Under the pieces are notes generated by a model. The model saw nothing but the letters and a program-made list of their open reading frames with translations, was not told where the DNA came from and did not search any database. The position numbers and the translations under genes are program-made. From an uncultured virus (IMG/VR IMGVR_UViG_3300038465_000034) (lineage: Duplodnaviria; Heunggongvirae; Uroviricota; Caudoviricetes), in IMG/VR virus record IMGVR_UViG_3300038465_000034: a stretch of 64,000 bases of DNA; one strand, 5' to 3'. Shown here in pieces: positions 10,212-20,064 of the stretch. How positions within the stretch are numbered: position 1 is the stretch's first letter; each line of letters opens with the position of its first letter.

Positions 10212-10928
10212 ATGATTTGTGAAACCTTGATTGTATCCGATGTCCATCTCGGCTCCGATCTCAGCCTCGCCGCCGACCTGCTGAACCTTCTCAAAAATAG
10301 CACCTTCAAACGACTCATCCTGTTAGGCGACATTTTCAGCGATCTGAATTTCTCCCGTCTCACTAAACAACATTGGAACCTCATCGGTTACATTCATAAA
10401 CTTAGCGACCCAAAGCGTGGTGTTGAAGTTGTGTGGGTCGAGGGCAACCATGATGCGGGCATTACGCAGGTCATGGAGCACCTGCTTGGCGTCAAGGTTT
10501 ATCAGCGGTATGAATGGGTGTGGAACAACCTGCGGTGCCTAGCGATCCATGGGCATCAGTTTGACAACTTGTGGGCGGGCGGTACACCCTTCCTCGGCGG
10601 CGTGGCAACCAAGTTCTACATTCAACTTCAGAAGATTGGATTCCTGAAGAACTGGCTGCCTCGATTGATAGACAGGCTTCACACCCACTGGGAGAGGCTG
10701 TCAACTAAAGTGGCGGATGGGGCTTTGCGGCTGGCCGCTCGGGATGGGGCGGCTTATGTTTTCTGCGGGCATACCCACCAAACGGATACCAAAATTCTCG
10801 ATGGAATTCAATATTTCAACTCGGGAAGCTGGGTGGGTACTTTAGGCAGCTACATTACCCTGAGCGACGACGGAATCCAAGTCCGTGAATACCAACCAGT
10901 TAGCCCCTTTCTCACCCCCCAATCCTAG
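10212..10928 (+). CDS. Calcineurin-like metallophosphoesterase (LpxH-like)
   Basis: SDVHLG, LLGDIF, EGNHD, IHGHQFD, CGHTH and NSGSW motifs. Confidence 0.85.
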   Translation: MICETLIVSDVHLGSDLSLAADLLNLLKNSTFKRLILLGDIFSDLNFSRLTKQHWNLIGYIHKLSDPKRGVEVVWVEGNHDAGITQVMEHLLGVKVYQRYEWVWNNLRCLAIHGHQFDNLWAGGTPFLGGVATKFYIQLQKIGFLKNWLPRLIDRLHTHWERLSTKVADGALRLAARDGAAYVFCGHTHQTDTKILDGIQYFNSGSWVGTLGSYITLSDDGIQVREYQPVSPFLTPQS

Positions 10929-10990
10929 TTCTCGATTATCACCTTAAAAGGATCAAGACTATCGAAATCCCTTACTAGGGGGACTCCACC

Positions 10991-11131
10991 ATGTTTACAC
11001 TCATTAAGCTTGCTATTGATGCTGCGGTTCTTGCGGCTGTGTTCTACGGCGGTGTCAAGTTTGGGATAGCATATCCCACTGTTGGCGCGAAACTCACTTC
11101 ACTCTTTAGCTGGGTAAAGTCCTTACTCTAA
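10991..11131 (+). CDS. Small membrane protein (46 aa, not in the ORF track)
   Basis: Manual translation MFTLIKLAIDAAVLAAVFYGGVKFGIAYPTVGAKLTSLFSWVKSLL, with GGGGA upstream. Confidence 0.6.
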   Translation: MFTLIKLAIDAAVLAAVFYGGVKFGIAYPTVGAKLTSLFSWVKSLL

Positions 11132-11139
11132 GAGGAACC

Positions 11140-11439
11140 ATGACCCCAATTAAGGACATGTTGGAGATCGCGGAGAACGTCACCGTCCTTCTGGCTCTCC
11201 TCGGCGGGGCGGCGGGAGGCATCAACTGGTACGTCAAGCGGCATGATCGTCAGGCGGCGGGTGAAAAAGCCGTCACTCAGATCGATGCTTTGGCGATAAG
11301 CTTCCCCAACATGGTCGCAGACATGGCGGTTGTGAAGAAGACCAACGAGAAGGCCGTTGAGATTCTCACTAGCATGGACAAAGGAATCGCTGTAATGGCT
11401 GCACGAAGCGAAGGCTCTCGAACACGGAGAACAGACTAA
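11140..11439 (+). CDS. Single-TM protein with coiled coil (holin-like, tentative)
   Basis: GAGGA RBS and an N-terminal hydrophobic segment VTVLLALLGGAAGGINWYV. Confidence 0.6.
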   Translation: MTPIKDMLEIAENVTVLLALLGGAAGGINWYVKRHDRQAAGEKAVTQIDALAISFPNMVADMAVVKKTNEKAVEILTSMDKGIAVMAARSEGSRTRRTD

Positions 11440-11440
11440 C

Positions 11441-11971
11441 ATGGCAAGAACACAGATCATCAACAACCCGCCGATCACGCTCAGCCCCACGTTTGGGACG
11501 ACGGGCTCGCCGACAGGGTTGAACCCGCTTTACACTGTTTGTGATCCAGCCAACGGCAACTATTTCCTGACGACTGGTCGTGATCTGGTGACCTTCTATT
11601 GCGCTGCCGCTGCTACCGCATCCGCATGGTCGGGCACAACGCAATATCTTCCGGGGCAAGTTGTCAATTTCGGCGGTCAGGCTTACATCGCCCTCGTCGG
11701 CAATTTGGCTCAGACACCATCTTTGTCACCTCCATCATCGTACTGGGGCGCTTACGCGGATGGGGATAGTACGATCACGCTTTACTCGGCTCCCGATGCT
11801 TGCACGGGTCGCACGTCCGACATTGACGACTACGTTGTACCCGTTGCCACGGAACTTTATCCGGGCACAGAATTTCTGGTACTGCCGTCCTCGGTGTTCA
11901 CGCAGGCGAGTCAGCAATTCCAATTTCTAGCCAGTTCGAATCTGGTGAGTGTTTACGTAAGGTACTTCTAA
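11441..11971 (+). CDS. Virion-like protein with an inserted CBM5/12-like module
   Basis: AWSGTTQYLPGQVVNFGGQAYIAL...PS...YW matches the W..Y..G..V...G..Y pattern. Confidence 0.6.
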   Translation: MARTQIINNPPITLSPTFGTTGSPTGLNPLYTVCDPANGNYFLTTGRDLVTFYCAAAATASAWSGTTQYLPGQVVNFGGQAYIALVGNLAQTPSLSPPSSYWGAYADGDSTITLYSAPDACTGRTSDIDDYVVPVATELYPGTEFLVLPSSVFTQASQQFQFLASSNLVSVYVRYF

Positions 11972-11980
11972 GGAGCAATC

Positions 11981-13378
11981 ATGGCAAACGCACCCACAAT
12001 CATCAAGGGACAGCTTACATTCCTCGGGTCAATCGCTGGACAGGTGTCGGTTCAGGCACAGCCCGTCGCGGGCAACAACCTGCTCTTTAACCTGCCTAAC
12101 ACCGTGCCGAATCCGAATGCCGTGATTTCGGTGCTCTCCGTCGTTGGCAGCACGGTCACCCTCGGCTTCACCCCACCTCCTCCGTCCTCCTTCAGTTTCT
12201 CGCAGATCACGGGCACCATCGCGACAGATCAACTAGGGAATGTCGAAGGCAACGGCTCCAGCGTCCAGTTGACGAACGGTAGCCTGCCGCCGTCCCCTGT
12301 CACCGTGCAATTGGCTTCAGCAGCGAGTTACGCCGTACTGGGAACCACGGTCACGAACTCGGATGGTTCAAGCACCGTCATCACTGGCGGAAACGTCGGC
12401 GGCACTACCGTCACGTCCGCTGGATGGGTTCTAACTCCCCCAGCAACAGTCATTTCACCCGCCTCTGCTCAAGCCTTGACAGACCTCGCTGCGGCAATCA
12501 CCTACTACAACGGCCTGTCCTCCACGGCGATCACAACCGCCGACCTCGGAACGCAGGGCAACATCGCTGCCAACAGGTTCGGTGCGGGTGTCTACAAGAG
12601 CCCGAGTTCTATCGCCATCAACACCAACATCACCCTTGATGCACAGGGCAATGCGAACGCGATCTTCGTGTTCATCGCCACATCCTCAACCATTACACAG
12701 GCCAGCAACACAACCATCTTCCTAGCCAACGGCGCACAAGCTGCAAACGTGGTCTGGGTCATGACTGGCGGCGGTGCTTCTTGGACCTCCATCACCCCGA
12801 GCACGACAGTTGGTAACATTCTCGCCGGCACCTCGATCACGCTGGGCGGCGGTACGCTGAATGGCAGGGCATTAGCCTCTACCGCAGTCACCCTCGCAGC
12901 GGCGGGCGTCGTCATCACAGTCCCATCCTCGGCTGGCGTAATCGCCGCTGGCGACGTGGTTGTTTACGACGCAAACGGCAACATCGAGTCTTCGGGCATC
13001 CTGCTCAGCAGCCTCGGCGGGGCCGCAGGTGTCACGTCCTTCAATACCCGCAGCGGGGCGGTTTCACCTCTTTCTGCGGACTACGCGGCGTTCTATGAAC
13101 TCAGCACCAAATGGCAGTCAGTGGAAGTTTCCGCTGGAACGGTAACCCACGGGACGCTTGGCGGACCATTCACGGTTAACTTCGGCACGCCCTTTGCGGA
13201 TGGTAACTACGCGGTCGAGGTTACGGCTGTCATCGGAGAAGCGATAGGCACTGGTCCGTGCTTTATTGGCGGCGTTCAGAAGCAGGCAACCCCCGGCGCT
13301 GGAGTCACAGTTTGGGTAACCAACAACGATGGTATCGATCACACGGTAACAATTCACGTAATAGCGAGGCATAACTAA
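11981..13378 (+). CDS. Fibre/decoration protein with a DUF3494 ice-binding-like beta-helix
   Basis: LASAASYAVL..AQALTDL..GVYK..TLDAQGNANAIFVF..LANGAQAANVVWV..GNILAGTSITL..LNGRALA, plus the fibre repeat VTSFNTRSGAV..DY. Confidence 0.8.
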   Translation: MANAPTIIKGQLTFLGSIAGQVSVQAQPVAGNNLLFNLPNTVPNPNAVISVLSVVGSTVTLGFTPPPPSSFSFSQITGTIATDQLGNVEGNGSSVQLTNGSLPPSPVTVQLASAASYAVLGTTVTNSDGSSTVITGGNVGGTTVTSAGWVLTPPATVISPASAQALTDLAAAITYYNGLSSTAITTADLGTQGNIAANRFGAGVYKSPSSIAINTNITLDAQGNANAIFVFIATSSTITQASNTTIFLANGAQAANVVWVMTGGGASWTSITPSTTVGNILAGTSITLGGGTLNGRALASTAVTLAAAGVVITVPSSAGVIAAGDVVVYDANGNIESSGILLSSLGGAAGVTSFNTRSGAVSPLSADYAAFYELSTKWQSVEVSAGTVTHGTLGGPFTVNFGTPFADGNYAVEVTAVIGEAIGTGPCFIGGVQKQATPGAGVTVWVTNNDGIDHTVTIHVIARHN

Positions 13379-13381
13379 ATT

Positions 13382-14755
13382 ATGAATCAATGGACATGGG
13401 CAGGCGATCAGTTTGTCGGCGGCGATCATCATGTTGGCGGCGTCTTAACGGCAGTCGGCGGCGTCTCTAGCACGGCTCCCGTGAGTTTTGCGGGCAGCAC
13501 TTTAACCCTGTCGGCGGTCGCAACTTCCGCAGGCAGTCCGCCCTCAACCGCCGTCTACACGGGGACCATTACGGGCGGGGCAAATAACGCCTTTGCGGGA
13601 GCATCGTTCACTGTTACAGGTTTCCTCACAAGTGCCAACAATGGTGTTGATCTCCTTTGCACAGCTTCGACGGCGACTACATTAACCCTCGCCAACGCGA
13701 GTGCCGTATCAGAAACAGACCCAGCTACCGCCGTTACCGCAGGTGTAATTAGCATCGGCGGTTCCATGTTGGATGGCGTAGGCAATGCGGGGGCGTCGGG
13801 TGATATGATGACCTCCTCTGGTCCGGGGACTCTGTGGCGTCATCCAACGGATTTGACATGGACAGTTTCTCAGGTTACGGGTGCAGCACCTTCGGCATCT
13901 CCAGTTTTCACGGGTACGGTAGTCGTTGACGGCTGGGCAATAAATTCTACGCCGCCCACGACAGGGCAAGTTCTCACCGCAGTTGACCCCACACACGTAA
14001 GTTGGCAGACGCCAGCGGGCGGTGGTGCGGTCGCGTCAGTCTTCACCCGCACAGGCGCAGTCACGGCCCAGTCGGGGGATTACTCGGCGTTCTACGACGT
14101 AACTGGATCGGCATCGACGGCTCAGGCTAACGCAGAAGCGTTCGCTACAGCGGCAGATACAGCGATTCTGTCCAGTGCGGAAGCTTTTGCAACGTCGGGC
14201 GACTCTGCAACCTTGGCGTCGGCAGAAGCATACGTTCAGACGTTTACGCCTGTCGCATCGGGATCACCCGCTGAACCGATTGAGTTCCTCACGGGCTACA
14301 ATGCAAGCACGGGGTTGTTCTCAGCGGCTCAACCAGCGTATGCGAGCATCAGTGGCACGCCAGATTTGTCCGTCTACGCGACAACGACCTACGTCGGTAG
14401 CGCGGTCGCGGTTGAAACGTCCCGTGCTATGGCAGCCGAAGCTTTACTCGCCCCAATTTCCTCGGTGCCAGCACTCTACGGTGACGCGGGCAGCGCAGCT
14501 TCGGCAGGCAACAACCACATTGCAAGTGGCTTGGCTACACTCGTGACTGGTACAGTCACGATCACGTTGACGGGAGCATCGGCATTCTCCGATACAAACT
14601 ACGTCGTCATGGCAACCTTCAACGGTGCGCCATCAGGAGCCATCGACGCTGCGAACTCTCTCGGTGCAACCATCGTGACGGGTAGCTCGTTCACGATTCA
14701 ATCAACCGATCCCGCCGATGTTTCGACCATATTCTGGACGGCAATCGGTTTCTAA
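13382..14755 (+). CDS. Tail fibre-like protein
   Basis: Ala/Thr/Gly/Ser-rich, with a VASVFTRTGAVTAQSGDY repeat and a PTTGQVLT motif. Shares modules with 50456-54343. Confidence 0.7.
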   Translation: MNQWTWAGDQFVGGDHHVGGVLTAVGGVSSTAPVSFAGSTLTLSAVATSAGSPPSTAVYTGTITGGANNAFAGASFTVTGFLTSANNGVDLLCTASTATTLTLANASAVSETDPATAVTAGVISIGGSMLDGVGNAGASGDMMTSSGPGTLWRHPTDLTWTVSQVTGAAPSASPVFTGTVVVDGWAINSTPPTTGQVLTAVDPTHVSWQTPAGGGAVASVFTRTGAVTAQSGDYSAFYDVTGSASTAQANAEAFATAADTAILSSAEAFATSGDSATLASAEAYVQTFTPVASGSPAEPIEFLTGYNASTGLFSAAQPAYASISGTPDLSVYATTTYVGSAVAVETSRAMAAEALLAPISSVPALYGDAGSAASAGNNHIASGLATLVTGTVTITLTGASAFSDTNYVVMATFNGAPSGAIDAANSLGATIVTGSSFTIQSTDPADVSTIFWTAIGF

Positions 14756-14885
14756 CGTTCGGTTTGGGCGAAAGCGTGGCAAACTCAGTACAGGGTCCAA
14801 TATGGGTTACCCACCAGACACGAGGATTGCCGATCTTTCTTCATGGACACGCAAAGAGAAAGAGGCTGTAAAGGTGGGAGTTTTG

Positions 14886-15281
14886 TCAAAATAAGGGCGG
14901 TAGATAGACGATTTCGCTCGGCAGGACAACCGCAATCACATCCGATTTCTCACGGGGCTTAGGATAGGTCAATTTTCCTGACGGAGCCCGATGCCCCGTT
15001 TTAACCTCTACACTCAGCAGTTTCCCGTCAATCCTGACAATTAGGTCTGTCCAGCAGTTGCGGCAGATGGACTTGAAAACATCATGTCCCTTCGCCAGCA
15101 AGTCGGCTGCAACCTGTAATTCCCCAATGTCCCCCACAGTGCCCCGCGTCACATCTTCGTTTGCTGGGGTAAAGGTTCGAGCGTAGTAGTGGTTTTTCTG
15201 GCATTGAGGGTTGCAATACTTCTGATTGCGGGCCAATTCCTCAAATCTAATTCCGCATTCTGGATTTTTACATACTCGCAT
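14886..15281 (-). CDS. PD-(D/E)XK endonuclease with N-terminal Zn finger (homing-endonuclease-like)
   Basis: CKNPEC..YCNPQC, then GDIGEL..TDLIV..VEVKT. Isolated on the opposite strand with its own TGATATAAT. Confidence 0.75.
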   Translation of the reverse strand: MRVCKNPECGIRFEELARNQKYCNPQCQKNHYYARTFTPANEDVTRGTVGDIGELQVAADLLAKGHDVFKSICRNCWTDLIVRIDGKLLSVEVKTGHRAPSGKLTYPKPREKSDVIAVVLPSEIVYLPPLF

Positions 15282-15383
15282 GGGTCAATTATATCATTTC
15301 CCAGTGCAGTACCCTTAAAAATCGATAATGAATTTTATTTTTTACAGTATTACGTCTACAGAACACACATTCAGGAGGCATCA

Positions 15384-16064
15384 ATGCCAAAATCGAAGAA
15401 CGCTACCCCTAAAATGAAGAAACAGAGACAGACGAAGTACACAAAACTCGCTCTCGTCTGCTCAAAAGAGCTTGCAGCCAAGAAGAAAGCACTGGTTGCG
15501 GCTGAGAAACGTCTCGCGAAGGCCCAACAAACTCACCAAGAGCTTCTGTCTGAGGTCGCTCGGCTGGATATGTTGGACCGTAGCCTCATGGCGGTCAACA
15601 ACGGGACCCAACCACCCCAGAACATCAAGTACGTATACACGTACCCGACTTGGGTCTGGAATCCTCCGTACACCTACACCGTCCCGAACTCGGGTCAGTG
15701 GACATTCACCACGCAGCCCAACTGGGTCGGCTACAACACGCCGAATCCCAGTGGCGGCACGGCTATCGGCAGTCTGCTCACCAGCAATAGTAGCGGCCTC
15801 AGCCCCATGGTGAGTTGCACGCTGGCGAACGTGAGTGGAACCTACACCAACAGCAACATGGGGGTCAACATCGCCCAAACCACCCCGTGTAGCAACGATG
15901 GTAGCAGCGTCGTGCTCACGAGCACCAACTCTGCACCGCAATGGCAGAACGCTAACGACGGGTCTCTCGTTGTGGACCTGACGACCCACGAGCCGTATGA
16001 GTCGAACAAGTTCGAAGACGAGATTGAATTGCCGAGCGCCAATCTCGTTCTCGCCGAGGCGTAA
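15384..16064 (+). CDS. Hypothetical protein
   Basis: AGGAGG RBS before ATG 15384. Basic coiled-coil N-terminus and an Asn/Thr/Ser-rich C-terminus. Confidence 0.65.
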   Translation: MPKSKNATPKMKKQRQTKYTKLALVCSKELAAKKKALVAAEKRLAKAQQTHQELLSEVARLDMLDRSLMAVNNGTQPPQNIKYVYTYPTWVWNPPYTYTVPNSGQWTFTTQPNWVGYNTPNPSGGTAIGSLLTSNSSGLSPMVSCTLANVSGTYTNSNMGVNIAQTTPCSNDGSSVVLTSTNSAPQWQNANDGSLVVDLTTHEPYESNKFEDEIELPSANLVLAEA

Positions 16065-16096
16065 CCTGACTTCTCCTTTCTCTTGAGAGGGAGTCA

Positions 16097-16456
16097 ATGC
16101 ACCAACACTTTGAACCCGATGATCGCCCCCGTAGTCCAAATCGTGGGGGCGATTCACATTACTGGGATTTGTATTGTCGGGGGTATGGGGTTGACCCCGA
16201 GATCGCACGTTCTCGTTACGAAGAAGACGAGCCCCTCTTCTACACCAGCACCCGCCACGAGCTTAAGTTCGGCTGCCAGTGCAAACGCTGCGCCCGCCTC
16301 AGCACAATCACCATGGATGACGCTAAGTTTCTCCGCACAATGGGTATTATGTGGAAGGTGCCTCATGTATTGGCTGATGGGAGCGTTCGGCTGGATTCGT
16401 GCAAGTCAGAAGCCGGGGAAGCTGGGCGGACACAGGAAACTCAAGATATACGGTAG
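16097..16456 (+). CDS. Hypothetical protein
   Basis: GAGGGAG RBS and a CQCKRC motif. Confidence 0.45.
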   Translation: MHQHFEPDDRPRSPNRGGDSHYWDLYCRGYGVDPEIARSRYEEDEPLFYTSTRHELKFGCQCKRCARLSTITMDDAKFLRTMGIMWKVPHVLADGSVRLDSCKSEAGEAGRTQETQDIR

Positions 16457-16619
16457 GCTCGACTGTCCCTCTGCTCTCCGTTTCATCGCCCGTGGTCAAT
16501 ACACACAGCACAGAGTTTTCTTCAAGGATGAAGCCACGGCTATCGCCGCTGGGTTCCGCCCTTGCGCCAAATGCTTGCCTGAAAAATACAAGGAGTGGAA
16601 AAGTGGACAAAGGGTTTGA
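16365..16619 (+). CDS. Ada N-terminal-like Zn/metal-binding domain protein
   Basis: GGHRKLKIYGRLDCPSA..RVFFKDEATAIAAGFRPCAKC. Confidence 0.75.
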   Translation: MYWLMGAFGWIRASQKPGKLGGHRKLKIYGRLDCPSALRFIARGQYTQHRVFFKDEATAIAAGFRPCAKCLPEKYKEWKSGQRV

Positions 16620-16908
16620 GAGCAAGGCCATTGCGAAAGTGGCGAAGATGATACTGGACTATGAAAAGGGCTCCAAGGGCATCAACATGAGGGATGGCTT
16701 CATGGATTACAATGAAGCCGCCGCCACGGAGGAAGCTGAGCATTTCTTCACCAAAATCATCACGGCTTTTGCCTTGCTGGATCAGATGGCCCCCGAGTTC
16801 ATTCAATTCGTGGACGAATATCACATCGGCGAGAACATGCGGGACACGGATTGCCATCTGTGCAAACTTCGCGAGGCGGCTCAGGAATACTTGGACGAAA
16901 GGCCATGA
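16603..16908 (+). CDS. Hypothetical protein
   Basis: AGGAG before GTG 16603, CHLC motif, coupled to the next gene. Confidence 0.5.
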   Translation: MDKGFESKAIAKVAKMILDYEKGSKGINMRDGFMDYNEAAATEEAEHFFTKIITAFALLDQMAPEFIQFVDEYHIGENMRDTDCHLCKLREAAQEYLDERP

Positions 16909-17081
16909 CAGGAATCGAGAAGTTCCTTCATCAATTCCCCGATTACGTGGTCACGCCCGAACAGCTTGCCTTCGCTAAGTATTTGGAACAACAAGGGTTA
17001 AGGTTCCTCATCGACTTTGGTTTTGAGAACGCCGAGCGCATCGCTTGGGAACTGGTAGAGATTGAAGGGGTCGTCCAATGA
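16905..17081 (+). CDS. Hypothetical protein
   Basis: ATGA overlaps on both sides. Confidence 0.55.
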   Translation: MTGIEKFLHQFPDYVVTPEQLAFAKYLEQQGLRFLIDFGFENAERIAWELVEIEGVVQ

Positions 17082-17293
17082 GACTGACACAAGTCCAGCA
17101 GAAAAGAATTCTCGAAATCAGCACCAGCGGCCTGTATAGGCACGAGCGCAAAGCCATCCGCAGGGTGTTCGAAGCCTGTGAAGCCGATCAGTACAATGTG
17201 CAGGGTTACAAGCACGTGCTCGAACGTGCGACCAAAGTTCTCGCTCGGGCGGTCGCTGCTATCGACGCAATGGAAAAAGATGAGTCTATTTGA
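17078..17293 (+). CDS. Hypothetical protein
   Basis: ATGA overlap, 71 aa. Confidence 0.55.
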   Translation: MRLTQVQQKRILEISTSGLYRHERKAIRRVFEACEADQYNVQGYKHVLERATKVLARAVAAIDAMEKDESI

Positions 17294-18059
17294 CGATCAA
17301 AACAAGACAGAACTCACAAAACAGATCACCGCTGCAACCTGTTTCTGGCTCGACGAGCGCGGGGTCAAACCCGCCGAGACCGAGGTTACTGTGGCGTTTA
17401 TTGGGTGGATCGCCGACATAGCGGGCGTATTGTGTCCCACCGAAACGGAACTGCAAACTCTGAAGTTGATTCGCCGTAAACCAAAATGGAAAAAGCCGCA
17501 AGAGGAGAGAGACACTTGGCAACGAGACGCAGACGCCCTGAACCGAATGATGACCGTGATAGTCGAGGTCAAAACGTCCCGCAACGACTTTCGCGGCGAC
17601 AAGAAATGGACGATGGAACCGCCAGCCGATCTATGCTGGGTCGCGGCACCCGCTGGGCTGATCGCGGAAGCCGAGAGACCGAAGGGTTGGGGCCTTCTGG
17701 AGTACAGCGAGAAAAGGGACTGCATGATTAGCCGCTGCGTCCCCGAGATCAGGACAACTACAGCGGAACAACAGAGGAACTTGATTCATGCTGTGGCCTG
17801 TCGCCGTGATAATCATACCCGCTACGAACACATCAATCGCCTACGGAAGGAGTATCGCGAGGAGGACAAGCGGCGTGAATCGCTGACCCGCGTAAAAGAC
17901 GCCATGCGTGCCGCCTTGAGCATCGCTCGCGGGGAACATGGGTCGGTCGAGGGAGCCCTTGAGTACCACCGTATCAAACTGAAGGGCATCTATGAACTGG
18001 AAATGATGGGGCTCACCGCCCTCTGGGGTGTAGCAAAGAAAGAAACCAATGGCACGTAA
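17280..18059 (+). CDS. MmcB-like PD-(D/E)XK nuclease-fold protein
   Basis: WIADIAG..IVEVKTSRNDFRGDKKW..ADLCWVAAP..GWGLL. Confidence 0.7.
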   Translation: MSLFDDQNKTELTKQITAATCFWLDERGVKPAETEVTVAFIGWIADIAGVLCPTETELQTLKLIRRKPKWKKPQEERDTWQRDADALNRMMTVIVEVKTSRNDFRGDKKWTMEPPADLCWVAAPAGLIAEAERPKGWGLLEYSEKRDCMISRCVPEIRTTTAEQQRNLIHAVACRRDNHTRYEHINRLRKEYREEDKRRESLTRVKDAMRAALSIARGEHGSVEGALEYHRIKLKGIYELEMMGLTALWGVAKKETNGT

Positions 18060-18450
18060 AGGCCAAGAATTTACGTGGGAAGCCTTCCCCGCCTGTAAGG
18101 ATGCGGAGGGTTATCACTGCCGATTTTGCAAGAAAGTTTTAACGGGGCGCAAAACCGCATGGTGCTCGAAAGACTGCCTTCTAGAAGTTCGTTCTCGTTG
18201 CGACTGGAACTACATCCGAAACAAGGTTCGACGCCGAGATAAATGGAAATGTCAATGGGTGATGGAGGACGGGACGATCTGCTGTCTGCCCGCTAAGGAC
18301 GTAGACCATATTATTGAGCTTGTAGATGGGGGTTGTTTCCATGATTTGTCAAATTTGAGATCGCTTTGCCGACCGCATCATCAAGCCAAAACACTCTTGA
18401 TGCGAAAGGCTCGTGTTGAACGTAAGAAATTAGCAGAAAAATCCACATAA
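18049..18450 (+). CDS. HNH endonuclease
   Basis: VRRRDKWKCQ..DVDHIIELVDGG..NLRSLCRPHH, with an N-terminal CRFC..CSKDC. Confidence 0.85.
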   Translation: MARKGQEFTWEAFPACKDAEGYHCRFCKKVLTGRKTAWCSKDCLLEVRSRCDWNYIRNKVRRRDKWKCQWVMEDGTICCLPAKDVDHIIELVDGGCFHDLSNLRSLCRPHHQAKTLLMRKARVERKKLAEKST

Positions 18451-18479
18451 ATGCAGTATTATGATGAGAGGCAATAGAT

Positions 18480-19016
18480 ATGGCGACTAAATGGCAACGC
18501 ATCCCGATTGGTAGCTACTTCGTAGCAAACAGCCAAGTCTACCGTAAGGTTAGCGGGACGGTAATGCAAGCGGTGTACGAGCCTAGCCTCGAACCTTTCG
18601 AGGATGGCGAAGGACTCACCGAGGTTGGTACGAACCTGCGAGCCATAATCTCTTTGGTCAACCCAAATAGGCGGTCGATGCGTACCGCACTCAGCCGTCT
18701 GGCGAAGTCATACGGGTTAACCACTCGGGAAGTTGAACAGGCTAAGAAACTCGCGGCTAAGAACGAGAAGAGGGAATTTCACGTCCCCTGTCAAGCTACC
18801 CTTGTTCGGGCTGAAGTACAGCGGAAAGCGTTTAAGAAAGCTATTGCAGCATCCCTTCGGTCGTTAAAGCTGCACCTCAGTAAACGCAAAGATCGTACTG
18901 GAATACGGATGCTTGAAAAAGCTGTTAATGCGGGCTCATCGCCCCTACAGGGGATGGTGTTTTCCGCATACAGTGGCGAGACGGACGTATTCGAAGAAGC
19001 TATTTCAAGGAGATAA
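18480..19016 (+). CDS. Hypothetical basic protein
   Basis: 178-aa ORF with a GAGG RBS. Confidence 0.6.
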   Translation: MATKWQRIPIGSYFVANSQVYRKVSGTVMQAVYEPSLEPFEDGEGLTEVGTNLRAIISLVNPNRRSMRTALSRLAKSYGLTTREVEQAKKLAAKNEKREFHVPCQATLVRAEVQRKAFKKAIAASLRSLKLHLSKRKDRTGIRMLEKAVNAGSSPLQGMVFSAYSGETDVFEEAISRR

Positions 19017-19018
19017 CC

Positions 19019-19375
19019 ATGGGCGCTATTTTTTCAGCAATTAAGCTCGGCCAGTTTTTCTACATTGACGGCGAAACGTTCAAGAAGACCACGGACATCA
19101 GCTACGAAGACACGGCAGGGTTCGAAATCTACCTTGACCCGATTCGCGAAGCCAAGATGACCACCGTTTCCCCCAACGCACAGGCGGCAGCGGTCAAGCA
19201 GGGCAAGGGTCCCCTCATCGACTCACAAGCCTACATCACCGATCCACAGACCCGCGTGCAGACCAAGAACCCGAACTTCGGCAAGAAGATCAAGAAGACG
19301 AAAGTTCAGGCGGCGGGAGACGCGCTCACCCAGCCTCAACCACCGAAGAAGATTGCCACTCCCAAGAAGAAGTGA
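19019..19375 (+). CDS. Hypothetical protein
   Basis: AGGAG RBS. The N-terminus resembles that of the previous gene (I..G.(Y/F)F......(Y/F).K). Confidence 0.65.
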   Translation: MGAIFSAIKLGQFFYIDGETFKKTTDISYEDTAGFEIYLDPIREAKMTTVSPNAQAAAVKQGKGPLIDSQAYITDPQTRVQTKNPNFGKKIKKTKVQAAGDALTQPQPPKKIATPKKK

Positions 19376-19376
19376 T

Positions 19377-19880
19377 ATGATCTGTCCTACGTGCAAAACG
19401 GAAGCTGGCGATCAGGTCTGCATGTGCGGGGTATGCCCGTCGTGCGACCCCAAGCATTTTGCCCCGCCCGCACCTTACGATCCGAGATTCGTTCTATCGC
19501 CGCAAAGATCACTGAAGGGGAGCTATAGCGGCTTTGGCAAGACGGGCTACACGCTTCCGAGTGGGGAGGTTGTGGTCACGTCCGAAGGGCTCTACGCCAG
19601 CCATTGGCTATCCGTCAGTCGGCATTCGACGTATTGCAACTGTTCATTTTGTGATCCGTGGTCGATGAAGACGTACAAAAGACTCCCCAAACCCGGGAGA
19701 TTCGGAATCGACGTTCCGCCGCGTGAGAATCCGTACCGCTGGACGCACATTCATCTGCGGCTGGGCAAATGGATTTATTACGTGCAGTCGCAAATTCAGT
19801 TTTTCCCCAGCGTTTGGCCGTTCTTTCACGCCGAAGAATGGGAAGAGAAAACCTGTGAAGTTCAAAGGAGCGACAAATGA
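19377..19880 (+). CDS. Cys-rich hypothetical protein
   Basis: CPTC, CMCGVCPSC and CNCSFC motifs. Confidence 0.5.
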   Translation: MICPTCKTEAGDQVCMCGVCPSCDPKHFAPPAPYDPRFVLSPQRSLKGSYSGFGKTGYTLPSGEVVVTSEGLYASHWLSVSRHSTYCNCSFCDPWSMKTYKRLPKPGRFGIDVPPRENPYRWTHIHLRLGKWIYYVQSQIQFFPSVWPFFHAEEWEEKTCEVQRSDK

Positions 19881-20064
19881 ATATAGAGTTGATGAATATA
19901 CAGGCGAAGCCCTTGGATGAGACTTATCTTTTGTCCCAAGATGCTCGCCTCGCCTTATTTTTCGCGAAACTTCGCTCGACGAGTCGAAACACAGATCACA
20001 TCACCCTTGAAGACATCGTTTATGGCGCTGAGCGTGTAACCAAAAAGGATTTTTAGGAGACCAC

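Noticed and set aside
10212..10928. Assigning the gene symbol lpxH
   Set aside because: The motifs support the metallophosphoesterase family only; substrate cannot be read from sequence.
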